Source of the DNA: Candidatus Binatia bacterium | GTDB taxonomy: Bacteria; Desulfobacterota; Binatia; Bin18 | Assembly: GCA_963664395.2 (NCBI GenBank) | Contig: OY761159.2 | Coordinates: forward strand, 1,792,001 to 1,856,000 | Length of the DNA stretch: 64,000 bases | Direction of reading: 5' to 3' | Part shown: piece by piece, positions 18,443 to 28,071 of the stretch | Position numbering within the stretch: position 1 is the first letter of the stretch | Layout: every line of letters begins with the position of its first letter | Position numbers and translations under genes: made by a program | The notes under the pieces: generated by a model | Seen by the model: the letters and a program-made list of their open reading frames with translations, nothing else | What the model was told of the DNA's origin: nothing | Database searches by the model: none

Positions 18443-20296
18443 ATGCAACAGCGCGGATTTCGGAGCAGCATCACGACCCAAGGCCGACGTATGGCCGGTG
18501 CGCGCGCCCTGTGGCGGGCGACCGGTATGAAAAAAGAAGATTTCCAAAAACCGATCATTGCCATTGCCAACTCGTTTACTCAGTTCGTGCCCGGTCATGT
18601 TCATCTGCACGAGGTCGGGCAGCAAGTCAAAAAAGTGATTGATGCCAGCGGCGGCTACGGCGTCGAGTTCAATACGATCGCCGTGGATGACGGCATTGCC
18701 ATGGGTCACGACGGCATGCTGTATTCGCTGCCCAGCCGCGAGCTGATTGCCGACAGCGTCGAGTATATGGTCCAGGCGCATAAGGCGGATGCCATGATTT
18801 GCATCTCCAACTGCGACAAGATCACCCCCGGCATGTTGCTGGCGGCCATGCGGCTGAACATCCCGGCCATTTTTGTCTCCGGCGGGCCGATGGAAGCCGG
18901 CAAGGCCGAACTCTCCACCGGCATGGCCAAGCTCGATCTGGTCGACGCCATGATCGGCGCGGGCGACGACTCGCTCAGCGATGAAGATGTCGAGAAAATG
19001 GAAGAGGCGGCCTGTCCGACCTGCGGCTCGTGCTCAGGTATGTTTACCGCCAACAGCATGAACTGCCTGAACGAGGCCATCGGCCTGGCGCTGCCGGGCA
19101 ATGGCACCATCCTGGCCACGCACGCCCTGCGCTGGGAGCTCTTTCAGCGGGCCGGCAGGCGCATTGTCGAGATGGCCAAGGCCTATTATATCGAGGGCGA
19201 CGAATCGGTATTACCACGCAGCATTGCCACGTTTGAAGCCTTTGAAAACGCGATCACCCTGGCCATCGCCATGGGTGGATCAACCAACACGGTTCTCCAT
19301 TTATTGGCTGCTGCCCAAGAGGCGGAAGTCGATTTCAGCATGGCTGATATCGACCGGCTGTCCCGCTCCGTACCGTGTGTCTGCAAGCTCGCCCCGGCCT
19401 CGGCCCTCTACCATATTGAAGACTGTGCCCGCGCCGGCGGCATTGCGACTATCCTGGGTGAACTGGACCGTGCCGGGAAACTGCATACCAACGTCAAGAC
19501 AGTCACCGGCCAGACCCTGGGCGAAATGCTCGACACCAACGACATCCGCCGCGAGCGCACGGACGAGTTTGCCCACAAACGCAGTCTGGCGGCTCCGTGT
19601 AATATCCGAACCAAAGAAGCTTTTTCGCAGAATCCGTATTACGACGCCCCGGACAAGGACGCGATCAATGGCTGTATTCGCGCGGCTGAGTTTGCCTACA
19701 GCCAGGACGGCGGTCTGGCCGTCCTGTACGGCAATCTGGCCGAGGACGGCTGTATTGTCAAAACCGCTGGGGTGGATGAGTCCATCTGGGTCATGGAAGG
19801 ACCGGCGCGTATCTTTGAATCCCAGGACGCAGCCTGTGAAGGCATCCTCGGCGACCAGTTGCGGCCCGGCGACGTGGTGGTCATTCGCTATGAAGGTCCG
19901 CGCGGCGGACCGGGTATGCAGGAAATGCTCTACCCGACTTCCTATATCAAGTCCAAACATCTCGGCGACAAATGCGCACTCGTGACTGATGGTCGTTTCA
20001 GTGGCGGCACCAGCGGTCTGTCGATCGGGCATGTGTCGCCCGAAGCCGCGGAAGGCGGTGTCATTGCCCTGGTCGAGGAGGGTGACATCATAAAAATCGA
20101 TATCCCACAGCGTTCGATCAACGTCCTGCTCTCAACAGACGAGTTGGCCGAACGGCGGAAGAAGATGGAAGCCAAAGGCACGGACGCCTACAAGCCGCTC
20201 GGACGCAAACGCCCGGTGTCAGCAGCCTTGCGGGCCTATGCGGCGCTGACCACAAGCGCGGCCCGAGGAGCGGTCCGCGACGTGACACAGGTATAG
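18443..20296 (+). CDS. ilvD: Dihydroxy-acid dehydratase
   Basis: [52 protein letters not shown] and TDGRFSG. Confidence 0.97.
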   Translation: MQQRGFRSSITTQGRRMAGARALWRATGMKKEDFQKPIIAIANSFTQFVPGHVHLHEVGQQVKKVIDASGGYGVEFNTIAVDDGIAMGHDGMLYSLPSRELIADSVEYMVQAHKADAMICISNCDKITPGMLLAAMRLNIPAIFVSGGPMEAGKAELSTGMAKLDLVDAMIGAGDDSLSDEDVEKMEEAACPTCGSCSGMFTANSMNCLNEAIGLALPGNGTILATHALRWELFQRAGRRIVEMAKAYYIEGDESVLPRSIATFEAFENAITLAIAMGGSTNTVLHLLAAAQEAEVDFSMADIDRLSRSVPCVCKLAPASALYHIEDCARAGGIATILGELDRAGKLHTNVKTVTGQTLGEMLDTNDIRRERTDEFAHKRSLAAPCNIRTKEAFSQNPYYDAPDKDAINGCIRAAEFAYSQDGGLAVLYGNLAEDGCIVKTAGVDESIWVMEGPARIFESQDAACEGILGDQLRPGDVVVIRYEGPRGGPGMQEMLYPTSYIKSKHLGDKCALVTDGRFSGGTSGLSIGHVSPEAAEGGVIALVEEGDIIKIDIPQRSINVLLSTDELAERRKKMEAKGTDAYKPLGRKRPVSAALRAYAALTTSAARGAVRDVTQV

Positions 20297-20305
20297 CGGG
20301 AGACT

Positions 20306-20442
20306 CCCCCTCACCCTAGCCCTCTCCCCCCAGACGTGTGATGCAAAAAGGAACCCACCCCGCCGCTGACGCGGCACCCCTCCGAGGAGGGGATGTGTTC
20401 TGCTCCCCTCCTCGGAGGGGTGGCCGTAGGCCGGGGTGGGTT
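20306..20442. repeat. REP-like palindromic elements
   Basis: CCCCTCACCCTAGCCCTCTCCCC (20307-20329; recurs at 33921) plus the inverted pair AACCCACCCC...CCCCTCCGAGGAGGGGA (20352-20393) and TCCCCTCCTCGGAGGGG...GGGGTGGGTT (20404-20442); the first arm recurs at 38237. Confidence 0.75.
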
Positions 20443-20543
20443 GTCCCCCGCCCGGCGGCCACAGCGCGTCTGGCGAGCGCAGGTTCATGGGAGTGTGCAT
20501 CACACGTTCCAGGAGAGAGGAAATTTTTGACAAGGACCACCGC

Positions 20544-21917
20544 ATGAGTGACCCCACCAAATACCTGCTTGAAGAACACCGGCTGCCCACGGCCTGGTAT
20601 AATATCAACGCCGACCTGCCGGTGCCCTTGATGCCGCCGCTCCACCCCGAGACAAAACAGCCGGTCACGCCCGAGTACCTCACGTCCTTTGCCCTCACCT
20701 CTCTGCTCGCTCAGGATGTCAGCCAGGAGCGCTATATCGAGATCCCGGAGCCGGTCCGCGATATTTATAAACTCTGGCGGCCAACCCCCTTTTTTCGGGC
20801 TCGTCGCCTGGAGCAGGCGCTCCAGACCCCAGCCCATATCTATTACAAATACGAGGGCGTCAGCCCGGTTGGTTCACATAAGCCCAACACGGCCGTGGCG
20901 CAGGCATTTTATGCCAAGCAGGAAGGGGTCAAGACGCTGACGACGGAAACGGGCGCGGGCCAGTGGGGCACGGCGCTGGCCATGGCCTGCAATATGTTCG
21001 GGCTGGGCTGCGAAGTGTATATGGTCCGTATCTCGTTTCAGCAAAAGCCCTATCGCCGCCACGTGATTGAAACCTATGGGGCGGAAGTGTTTGCCAGTCC
21101 GTCCGACCGGACCGTGGTCGGCCGGCGGTTTCTGGCCGAGAACCCGGACCATCCCGGTTCCCTGGGGATGGCGGTCTCGGAAGGGATCGAAGCGGCCCAA
21201 CAGTCCGGCGGGACAAAAAAATACACCCTGGGCTCGGTTCTGCCGCACGTCCTGTTACATCAGACCATTATCGGTGAAGAGACCCTGCTGCAAATGGAAA
21301 TGGCCGGCGAATACCCGGATATTGTCATCGGCTGCGCCGGGGGCGGGTCGAATTTTGCCGGTTTTGCCTTTCCCTTTGTCCGAGAAAAACTCAAGCAGGG
21401 CAAAAACACGCGCATCATCGCGGTTGAGCCGGCCGCCTGTCCGACCCTCACCAAGGGCGCCTTCACCTGGGACTGGGCCGACGCCGGCTGTGTCGCGCCG
21501 ATCTGTCAGATGTATACGCTGGGTCATACGTTTATGCCGGCGACCATCCATGCCGGCGGGTTGCGCTATCATGGCATGTCGCCGCAGGTGAGTGCGCTGG
21601 TGCACAGCGGTCATATCGAGGCCACCGCGCTCGATCAGCTTGCGACCTTTGAGGCGGGCGTGGCGTTTGCCAAGGCCGAAGGGATTGTGCCGGCGCCCGA
21701 GTCAAATCATGCGATCTGCGTCGCAATGAACGAGGCCGTGCAGTGCCGGGAAAGCGGCGAAAAGAAAGTCATTGCGTTTAATCTGAGCGGCCACGGTCAT
21801 TTTGATATGAGCGCCTATGCCGATTACCACGCCGGAAAACTGGAACGCTATGAGTATCCGGCCGAGGAGATTGAACGGGCCATGCAGACACTGCCTGAGG
21901 TAAGCTTTGCGGGGTGA
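20544..21917 (+). CDS. trpB: TrpB-like PLP-dependent enzyme (TrpB2)
   Basis: '[17 protein letters not shown]', [23 protein letters not shown] and FNLSGHG; stand-alone gene. Confidence 0.93.
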   Translation: MSDPTKYLLEEHRLPTAWYNINADLPVPLMPPLHPETKQPVTPEYLTSFALTSLLAQDVSQERYIEIPEPVRDIYKLWRPTPFFRARRLEQALQTPAHIYYKYEGVSPVGSHKPNTAVAQAFYAKQEGVKTLTTETGAGQWGTALAMACNMFGLGCEVYMVRISFQQKPYRRHVIETYGAEVFASPSDRTVVGRRFLAENPDHPGSLGMAVSEGIEAAQQSGGTKKYTLGSVLPHVLLHQTIIGEETLLQMEMAGEYPDIVIGCAGGGSNFAGFAFPFVREKLKQGKNTRIIAVEPAACPTLTKGAFTWDWADAGCVAPICQMYTLGHTFMPATIHAGGLRYHGMSPQVSALVHSGHIEATALDQLATFEAGVAFAKAEGIVPAPESNHAICVAMNEAVQCRESGEKKVIAFNLSGHGHFDMSAYADYHAGKLERYEYPAEEIERAMQTLPEVSFAG

Positions 21918-21925
21918 GATGCACT

Positions 21926-22060
21926 AACTCGGTGATCTTGTCGCGCCACATTCCGAACGCCGAGCTGCTCATCCTGTCCAACGTCAGCCACTTGTTCAAT
22001 ATCGAGTGACCGCAGACCACCGTGGAGAGTGTGACCGGCTTTATCAACGGCCAGCGCGAG
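21926..22060 (+). pseudogene. 3' remnant of an alpha/beta hydrolase
   Basis: Reads NSVILSRHIPNAELLILSNVSHLFNIE*PQTTVESVTGFI, with an internal TGA at 22007 and no 5' part. Confidence 0.6.
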
Positions 22061-22115
22061 TGGCTGGACTGGGGGAACAGGGCTGTCATGACATTCATCA
22101 TAATGGAGGTGTTAC

Positions 22116-22412
22116 ATGTACGACACGCTATCTCCTGTACAGAAGGAGAAATTCCTTGCCATATCGGGAGAAATGTATAAGGAGGCGACAGAAGGGAATT
22201 TTTTAACAAAATATCCTTATAACAACAAGGATTGGAAGTTGTCTCCTTGGCGTTTTACTTTCGTGCTGGAAAAGGAAACTGGTTACTTTGTATGCGAATT
22301 GTCTCACCGGATGACAAACAATCGTATTTACGGGTGGGATCAAGAGGGCAATGAATTGCCTAGAGAAGTTTTGCATAAATTTTTTAAGCCTGATCTTGTT
22401 TTCAAAAGCTAG
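22116..22412 (+). CDS. Hypothetical protein (AT-rich)
   Basis: 98-aa ORF with RBS ggaggt; low GC; lies just upstream of the ADP-ribosylglycohydrolase gene. Confidence 0.6.
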   Translation: MYDTLSPVQKEKFLAISGEMYKEATEGNFLTKYPYNNKDWKLSPWRFTFVLEKETGYFVCELSHRMTNNRIYGWDQEGNELPREVLHKFFKPDLVFKS

Positions 22413-22434
22413 AAGATTACAGGAGGTATCAGCT

Positions 22435-23619
22435 ATGACCGACCCCACTCTGATAAGCGCCGCCCCCAACCTTGTTCGTTTTCTCTGCAACGTCAGTACT
22501 GCTCCCGCCAATCCGGCAACGCGGCGCGACCGGAGCCGCGGCGTCCTGCTTGGCTTGGCCGTCGGTAACGTCTTGGGTCTTCCAGTAGAGGGTCGGTGGT
22601 ACTATGAGATTGACGACCGTTACCCAGACGGCGTCATTGAGGCAAACCCGAAAGCAAAATCCCGTCTGATGGATGATGACCTAGCCCAAGCCGTGGATTT
22701 GGGCGAAGCGCTGCTCGCGGACAGCGATGCCGTCCGCGATTTCGCCAGGCGGCTGGTGATCTGGCGTCATGAGAACGGGCACGGTATTGGGAACACCACC
22801 AAAATCGTCGTCGGTCTACTGGAAATACTGGAAACACTGGAAGAAGGAACGCCCCCGCCAGAGGTAGCCCGCGTTTTCTACGAACGCGAACCTCATCGCT
22901 CTTTCTACGAATACGATTCTCCTTTCCCCGATCTACTGACCGCTCTACTGGAAACACTGGAAGAAGGAACGCCCCCGCCGGAGGCAGTCCGCTTTTTCCC
23001 AGCCCGCGTTTTCTACGAACGCCATCCCATTGCCCCTAACGGCGGCCTCATGCGCTGCGCCCCCGTTGCGGTCGCTCACCACAGCGCCCCTGAGCTGTTG
23101 GTTCGTGACTCTGCCGCCCTCTGCGCTGTCACACATTACGCCCCGACTGCCCAGTGGTCCTGCATCGTCATCAATTCCGCCATCACCCTGTTGCTCCGTG
23201 GCGCCGCCCCGGATTTGCACGCCTTGCTTACCGCAGTGTCTGCCGACGGTGCGCCTGATATGCTCGCCGCGGCGTCCACCGATGACATTCCTACTGATGT
23301 ACTGGCCAGTATTGCCGGCGGTCAGCCCATCGTTGCTGACGCTTCGTGGTTACGGTGTGACCAGCACCTGATTGGCCACACCCTGTTGACGATGCAGGTC
23401 GGCTTGTGGGCGGTGGCGACACCGCTGGATTTTGAGGCAGCGCTGGTGCAGATCGTTAGTGCTGGCGGCGACACCGACACCAACGGCGCTGTGGCAGGTG
23501 CCGTACTGGGTGCCCGCTACGGGGCGGCGGCTATTCCCCAACGTTGGCTGGACTGTATTCCTGAGCGCGAACGGATCGAAACGCTGGCTGATAACTTATC
23601 GGCGTTCCCTCCTGAATAA
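22435..23619 (+). CDS. ADP-ribosylglycohydrolase (DraG/ARH family)
   Basis: 'GVLLGLAVGNVLG', 'MDDD', 'NGGLMRCAP', 'THY' and 'GGDTDTNGAVAGAVLGA..G...IP..W'; RBS caggagg. Confidence 0.9.
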   Translation: MTDPTLISAAPNLVRFLCNVSTAPANPATRRDRSRGVLLGLAVGNVLGLPVEGRWYYEIDDRYPDGVIEANPKAKSRLMDDDLAQAVDLGEALLADSDAVRDFARRLVIWRHENGHGIGNTTKIVVGLLEILETLEEGTPPPEVARVFYEREPHRSFYEYDSPFPDLLTALLETLEEGTPPPEAVRFFPARVFYERHPIAPNGGLMRCAPVAVAHHSAPELLVRDSAALCAVTHYAPTAQWSCIVINSAITLLLRGAAPDLHALLTAVSADGAPDMLAAASTDDIPTDVLASIAGGQPIVADASWLRCDQHLIGHTLLTMQVGLWAVATPLDFEAALVQIVSAGGDTDTNGAVAGAVLGARYGAAAIPQRWLDCIPERERIETLADNLSAFPPE

Positions 23620-23851
23620 GCTGGTCCATATACGTGATTTTCTATCTGGTGCATGCTATAAACCCAGGCCAAGATAGCCGGGACAGCTACTAAAGTGTCT
23701 GCCGTGTGGAGAGTGAGGCTGAGATCTTCTATCCTCGCCGGGGTAAGCTATCTCCCGCGCAGCGTAGTATACACATGGACGGAAGGCTGGTGTGACAGTG
23801 GATAATCGAGACCGCTCGGCCACTGCTCAGCCGTCGTTCGACGGAAGGTGG

Positions 23852-25267
23852 ATGGCCGAGGCGACCCCCGCCGAGGTCAAAGCGTTGCTCGACCGAGGTG
23901 CCGATCCCCAGGCGCGGGACAAGAACGGCTGGACACCCTTGCACTTGGCGGCGCAGTTCAACAGGAACCCGGCGGTGGTCACCCTATTGCTTGACCGGGG
24001 GGCCGATCCCCAGGCGCGGACCAAGGGCGGCACAACGCCCTTGCACGGGGCGGCGCAGTCCACGGTCACCCTAGATGACCCAGCGGTGGACGCCCTGCTC
24101 CCGGCGGTGGTCACCCTATTGCTTGACCGGGGGGCCGATCCCCAGGCGCGGGACGAGAACGGCACAACGCCCTTGCACAGGGCGGCGCAGTTCAACGAAA
24201 ACCCGGCGGTGGTCACCCTACTGCTTAACCGGGGGGCCGATCCCCAGGCGCGGGACGAGAACGGCACAACGCCCTTGCACAGGGCGGCGCAGTTCAACGA
24301 AAACCCGGCGGTGGTCACCCTATTGCTTAACCGGGGGGCCGATCTCCAGGCGCGGGACAAGAACGGTACAACACCCTTGCACGGGGCGACGCCGTTCAAT
24401 GACCCGGCGGTAGTCGCCCTGCTGCTTGACCGGGGGGCCGATCTCCAGGCGCAGGACAAGGATGGTACAACACCCTTGCACTTGGCAGCGCAGTTCAACA
24501 GGAACCCGGCGGTGGTCACCCTACTGCTTGACCGGGGCGCCGACCCCAGGGCACGCGACAAGAACGGCGCGACGCCTGGATTGGATGCCCTGTCACATCG
24601 GTACGTCCAGTACCAGAAGGACCTCTGGAAGGACAGGAGAGAGAAGCTAGGGGTTAGGCTGCTCATGAATTTTTTGCCAACCGGCTTCAACTTGATGAGG
24701 AGACTGACACTACTGTTTGAGCCTGTGTTTGATCTTGAGCCGGACATCCAGATGGTAAAGAAGGGATGGACATGGCCGGCCTTTTTTTTCGTGCTGGCGT
24801 GGGCGTTTTTGATACGTATTGCAGGAAATGTTCTTCGAGAGAACCCATCTCTGGAGGGACTGCTGAGCGCTATTGGGCTGCCAGGCACCTCTCTTCTGGA
24901 TGGGCTCATATTTGTGGGTATCGTCGTAGCAATTGTTCCGGGAATCCTGTTGTTGGTGATCCTGGTCATATGGGTCTTACCTGCCGCTCTCCTTCCGTTG
25001 CTGGGGGTACCCGTTGTGTGGCGACAGATTACGCGGTTTCACTGGGCTCGCGCTGTCCTCCTCTCTCTGTTGTTGGTAGCGCCCGTTGTGTGGTTCCCGT
25101 TAGGAACGTCCGATGGTCTCTTGATGGGCCTTGCGTTCGTTTTTGCCTGCATTTTTGGCCGACGGGGGAATGGCTGGAGGGAGCAGAATCTTTTGCGGCG
25201 AGGATACGAATATCGTGAGACGGTCATTGCACGCCAATCCCTTGTGAAGATCTACGTCAGGGATTGA
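23852..25267 (+). CDS. Ankyrin-repeat protein fused to a C-terminal DUF2628-like membrane domain
   Basis: Six 'G.TPLH.A' ankyrin units with 'LL.RGAD..A' tails; then 'VKKGWTWPAFFF' and 'FGRRGNGWREQNLLRRGYE' (DUF2628-like) around several TM helices. Start may be GTG 23792. Confidence 0.85.
   Translation: MAEATPAEVKALLDRGADPQARDKNGWTPLHLAAQFNRNPAVVTLLLDRGADPQARTKGGTTPLHGAAQSTVTLDDPAVDALLPAVVTLLLDRGADPQARDENGTTPLHRAAQFNENPAVVTLLLNRGADPQARDENGTTPLHRAAQFNENPAVVTLLLNRGADLQARDKNGTTPLHGATPFNDPAVVALLLDRGADLQAQDKDGTTPLHLAAQFNRNPAVVTLLLDRGADPRARDKNGATPGLDALSHRYVQYQKDLWKDRREKLGVRLLMNFLPTGFNLMRRLTLLFEPVFDLEPDIQMVKKGWTWPAFFFVLAWAFLIRIAGNVLRENPSLEGLLSAIGLPGTSLLDGLIFVGIVVAIVPGILLLVILVIWVLPAALLPLLGVPVVWRQITRFHWARAVLLSLLLVAPVVWFPLGTSDGLLMGLAFVFACIFGRRGNGWREQNLLRRGYEYRETVIARQSLVKIYVRD
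23885..24575 (+). repeat. Ankyrin-coding tandem repeats (about 99-102 bp units)
   Basis: Near-identical units such as ggggggccgatccccaggcgcgggacgagaacggcacaacgcccttgcacagggcggcgcagttcaacgaaaacccggcggtggtcacccta, repeated at 102-bp spacing. Confidence 0.9.
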
Positions 25268-25330
25268 AAAGGGCTGGCTGCGGAATGATTCTCCGTGCAG
25301 GACCGGTCTCTCTCAATACTTATATTGCAG

Positions 25331-26365
25331 CTACTCGTCGTCTGTGTGGCTAACAAGATGCTGGATATCTGGATTTGACGATCCATAGCTGACGATGGCG
25401 ACGTCGAGGGCAGCATCCTTGTAGAGATCCAAAACGCGTTGGAGGCTGCCCAGGATCCAATCGGTTGCGTTGCCAAACGAGTAGCCGCCGACCAGGGTCA
25501 GAAATACCGTGTTGTTGCCGGTTTTGCGCGAATTTAAGAGGGCCGCGCAGAGCGTGGCCTCATAGGTCGCCTCCAGAATGAGCCGAGCGAACTCCTCCCA
25601 CATGTAGGAAGGAGGCCCTTCTCTCAGCGAACCAGTGACCGGCAAGGCCGAACAATAGGCTTGGGAGACCGTGTGCGTACAGCCAGCGAGTGTCACTTGC
25701 GTGTGCCATTGCAGGCCGATGCGGAGCAACTGGCGCAACACATCCAGCTCCGGCTCACTCGACGCGCGCAGACTCTGCCCGATCTCTCCCAACCCATCAT
25801 GTGAGGCCAACGCATACCCGTTGCGCATTTCCCACAGACGGTTCTCAGTATTGCCCAAGGCCGCGCCGATATCGGCCAGGCAATTAATCTGGTTGGTGGC
25901 GGATTGCCCGGTCTGCCCATTCACGAGGGCAAAGTAGTTGCGATAAATCGTGCCCGCCCCCGCGGCGATGGCACATGCTGGTCCCTGGGTGTGATCCTTC
26001 GCATACCTGGTGATCCCGTCTTCAGGGGTGACCTCCTCATGCACCATTTCGAGTAGATTGAACTGGGAGGCGACCTGAAAAAGCGCATCCGCATTCGCTG
26101 CGTTTGTGTGCAACTCCTGGACGTCAGCAACGACCTCGCGGACCGTCATGGCTCCGGTCTTATACCCACTCGCCTGCACCCGGTGGCGCAGGTCGGCCAA
26201 GGACGGGGTTTCCAGTTCTCCACACATCAGCGTTTTCCCGTTGACACGAGATTGCAATACTTGGCCATCTACGCTGATATTCGCCCGCACCTGCTCGGGA
26301 GACTCTTCCGAGAAGCCGGCCAGTTTTTCAAACCACGTCTCAAATACGGCATGACCATTGGGCAT
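25331..26365 (-). CDS. Uncharacterised protein, probable macrodomain/PARG-like fold
   Basis: 'LFQVASQFNLLEM...TPEDGIT.Y..DHTQGPACAIAAGAGTIYRNYF' and 'VFLTLVGGYSFGN', which resembles the macrodomain diphosphate-binding loop; RBS gaaggag before ATG 26365. Confidence 0.6.
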   Translation of the reverse strand: MPNGHAVFETWFEKLAGFSEESPEQVRANISVDGQVLQSRVNGKTLMCGELETPSLADLRHRVQASGYKTGAMTVREVVADVQELHTNAANADALFQVASQFNLLEMVHEEVTPEDGITRYAKDHTQGPACAIAAGAGTIYRNYFALVNGQTGQSATNQINCLADIGAALGNTENRLWEMRNGYALASHDGLGEIGQSLRASSEPELDVLRQLLRIGLQWHTQVTLAGCTHTVSQAYCSALPVTGSLREGPPSYMWEEFARLILEATYEATLCAALLNSRKTGNNTVFLTLVGGYSFGNATDWILGSLQRVLDLYKDAALDVAIVSYGSSNPDIQHLVSHTDDE

Positions 26366-26489
26366 ACGTTTCTCCTTCAATCTTCCGAAAAGCCGGTCAA
26401 TTCTTCAAATCACTTACCCTTCTTCTTCGATCCAATTCCTGAATAGGTCTGGCGACCCGAGTTATGCCTCTTTCTTCATTACTTTCCCT

Positions 26490-26650
26490 CCGTATGACGT
26501 ATGGTAGTCCCGACAACTCAACTGAGAAGCGTGCATCAGCGCCCGCTGAACAATAAACCACTGTCAGTTGAACCAGGGACATCCCTGTACGATGGGCTTT
26601 GCCGGGCGTTTTCTGTATCACTTTATAGATATATTCAAACTATCCCGGCA
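26490..26650 (-). pseudogene. Possible IS1595-family transposase remnant
   Basis: 'QKTPGKAHRTGMSLVQLT' resembles IS1595 transposase N-termini, then degenerates; no matched TIR pair confirmed. Confidence 0.4.
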
Positions 26651-26704
26651 AAAGTTTAGGGATAAAGGATTTATTTTTTGAATTTTGTTGGATTTTTGCT
26701 GTTT

Positions 26705-26975
26705 ATCAGCCCCTGTCCCCGCGTCAGGTTCAGATTCGCGGCCCAGACCTCACCTCGGACGGGCTGTCTGCGCCCTTTTCTTTCGCTCACGACTGCCGTG
26801 CTCCGACCCGATTCTGGCCTTCTTCTTCGGTAAGCCGTCCTCCAGTGTGATGTCCCATTCGCTCCGTTCCTGCCCAACCGCTCTCCAGGTCTCGGCATTC
26901 TGGCGAAGGGGCATATAGGCGGCGTTGACTTCCTCAAGAAACCGTCGGCGCCGATAGAGTTCCATAGCTTTGTCT
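26705..26975 (-). pseudogene. Degraded MazEF/PemK-type toxin-antitoxin pair
   Basis: Antitoxin C-terminus 'AMELYRRRRFLEEVNAAY..LRQNAETW....ERSEWDITLEDGL', followed by toxin N-terminus 'PVRGEVWAANLNLTRGQG', which is truncated. Confidence 0.65.
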
Positions 26976-27131
26976 CTGTCCGTATACGAAAATGTATACT
27001 TTTGGACGAGCGAATAGGTCAATGGTGAAGCAGGCAGCTTGATCGCCCGCGGCACCCTAGTACACTGATGAAGAGATACGCTAGTATGCGGACACAGCTC
27101 CAATGGTCGTGATCCGGAAGGAGAAGAAGCG

Positions 27132-28049
27132 ATGACAGCAGCGTTTAATGTCGAGCAGGCGGTCAAAGAACGCTATGCCGCGGGAGCACAGCAGGAAGAA
27201 GCGGCGCTGTGTTGCCCGGTAGACTATAACCCGCGCTTTCTCTCCATCATTCCTGAAGAAATTCTTGAGCGCGATTACGGCTGCGGAGACCCCTCGCAGC
27301 ACATCCAGCCGGGAGAAACCGTGCTTGATCTCGGCTCGGGCGCGGGCAAAATCTGTTATATCGCCGCCCAGGTCGTTGGGGCCGAAGGCCGGGTTATCGG
27401 CGTTGATATGACGCCGGAGATGCTCAACGTCGCCGAGAAATACCGCCAGTCCATTGGCGAACAACTGGGCTATCATAATGTCGAGTTTCGCCGCGGCAGA
27501 ATCCAGGATTTGCGGACCGATCTGAATGTCGCGGATGCCTACCTGCGCAATCATCCGGTGGCTTCGCTTGAAGATTTCCACGCCTTTGAAGCGGTCATGG
27601 CTGAACAGCGCGCGCAGCGGCCATTGATTGCAGACGATTGCGTTGACGTTGTCGTCTCGAACTGCGTGCTTAATCTGGTCCAGGACGCGGACAAGCGGCA
27701 ACTGTTTGGTGAAATTTTTCGGGTGCTGCGCCAGGGCGGGCGGACGGTGATCTCCGATATTGTTGCCGACGAAGCGGTGCCGGCTCACCTGAAGGCCGAC
27801 CCCGAATTGTGGAGTGGCTGCGTCTCTGGGGCCATGCAGGAAAAAGAATTCATTGAGGCGTTCGAAGAAGCCGGCTTCTCAGGCATGACCGTTCTCAAGC
27901 GTGACGAGCAGCCGTGGCGAACGGTCGAAGGTATCGCCTTCCGGTCCATGACCCTGGCTGCCCATAAAGGGGAACCCGGCACCAAGGCGCTCGACTATCG
28001 AGCGACCACAGACGCGGCGGCGTGTTGTGCGCCGAGTAAATGCTGTTAG
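27132..28049 (+). CDS. arsM: Arsenite methyltransferase-like SAM-dependent methyltransferase
   Basis: LCCP, YGCGDP, VLDLGSGAG, VSNCVLNL, WSGCVSGA and C-terminal CC..CC; adjacent to arsS. Confidence 0.8.
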   Translation: MTAAFNVEQAVKERYAAGAQQEEAALCCPVDYNPRFLSIIPEEILERDYGCGDPSQHIQPGETVLDLGSGAGKICYIAAQVVGAEGRVIGVDMTPEMLNVAEKYRQSIGEQLGYHNVEFRRGRIQDLRTDLNVADAYLRNHPVASLEDFHAFEAVMAEQRAQRPLIADDCVDVVVSNCVLNLVQDADKRQLFGEIFRVLRQGGRTVISDIVADEAVPAHLKADPELWSGCVSGAMQEKEFIEAFEEAGFSGMTVLKRDEQPWRTVEGIAFRSMTLAAHKGEPGTKALDYRATTDAAACCAPSKCC

Positions 28050-28071
28050 CCCAAGGAGTGGATACCCACGC

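Noticed and set aside
22007-22009. In-frame TGA as a second selenocysteine
   Set aside because: It lies in a 5'-truncated hydrolase remnant at a position that is not a Cys site, with no convincing hairpin; most likely a nonsense mutation.
23885-24575. CRISPR array
   Set aside because: The repeats are in-frame ankyrin-coding units without unique spacers, and there are no cas genes.
23827-24969. 380-aa antisense ORF
   Set aside because: Shadow of the ankyrin gene caused by repetitive GC-rich codons.
26490-26650. Complete MITE with terminal inverted repeats
   Set aside because: I could not pair convincing TIRs or a TSD; kept only as a low-confidence remnant.
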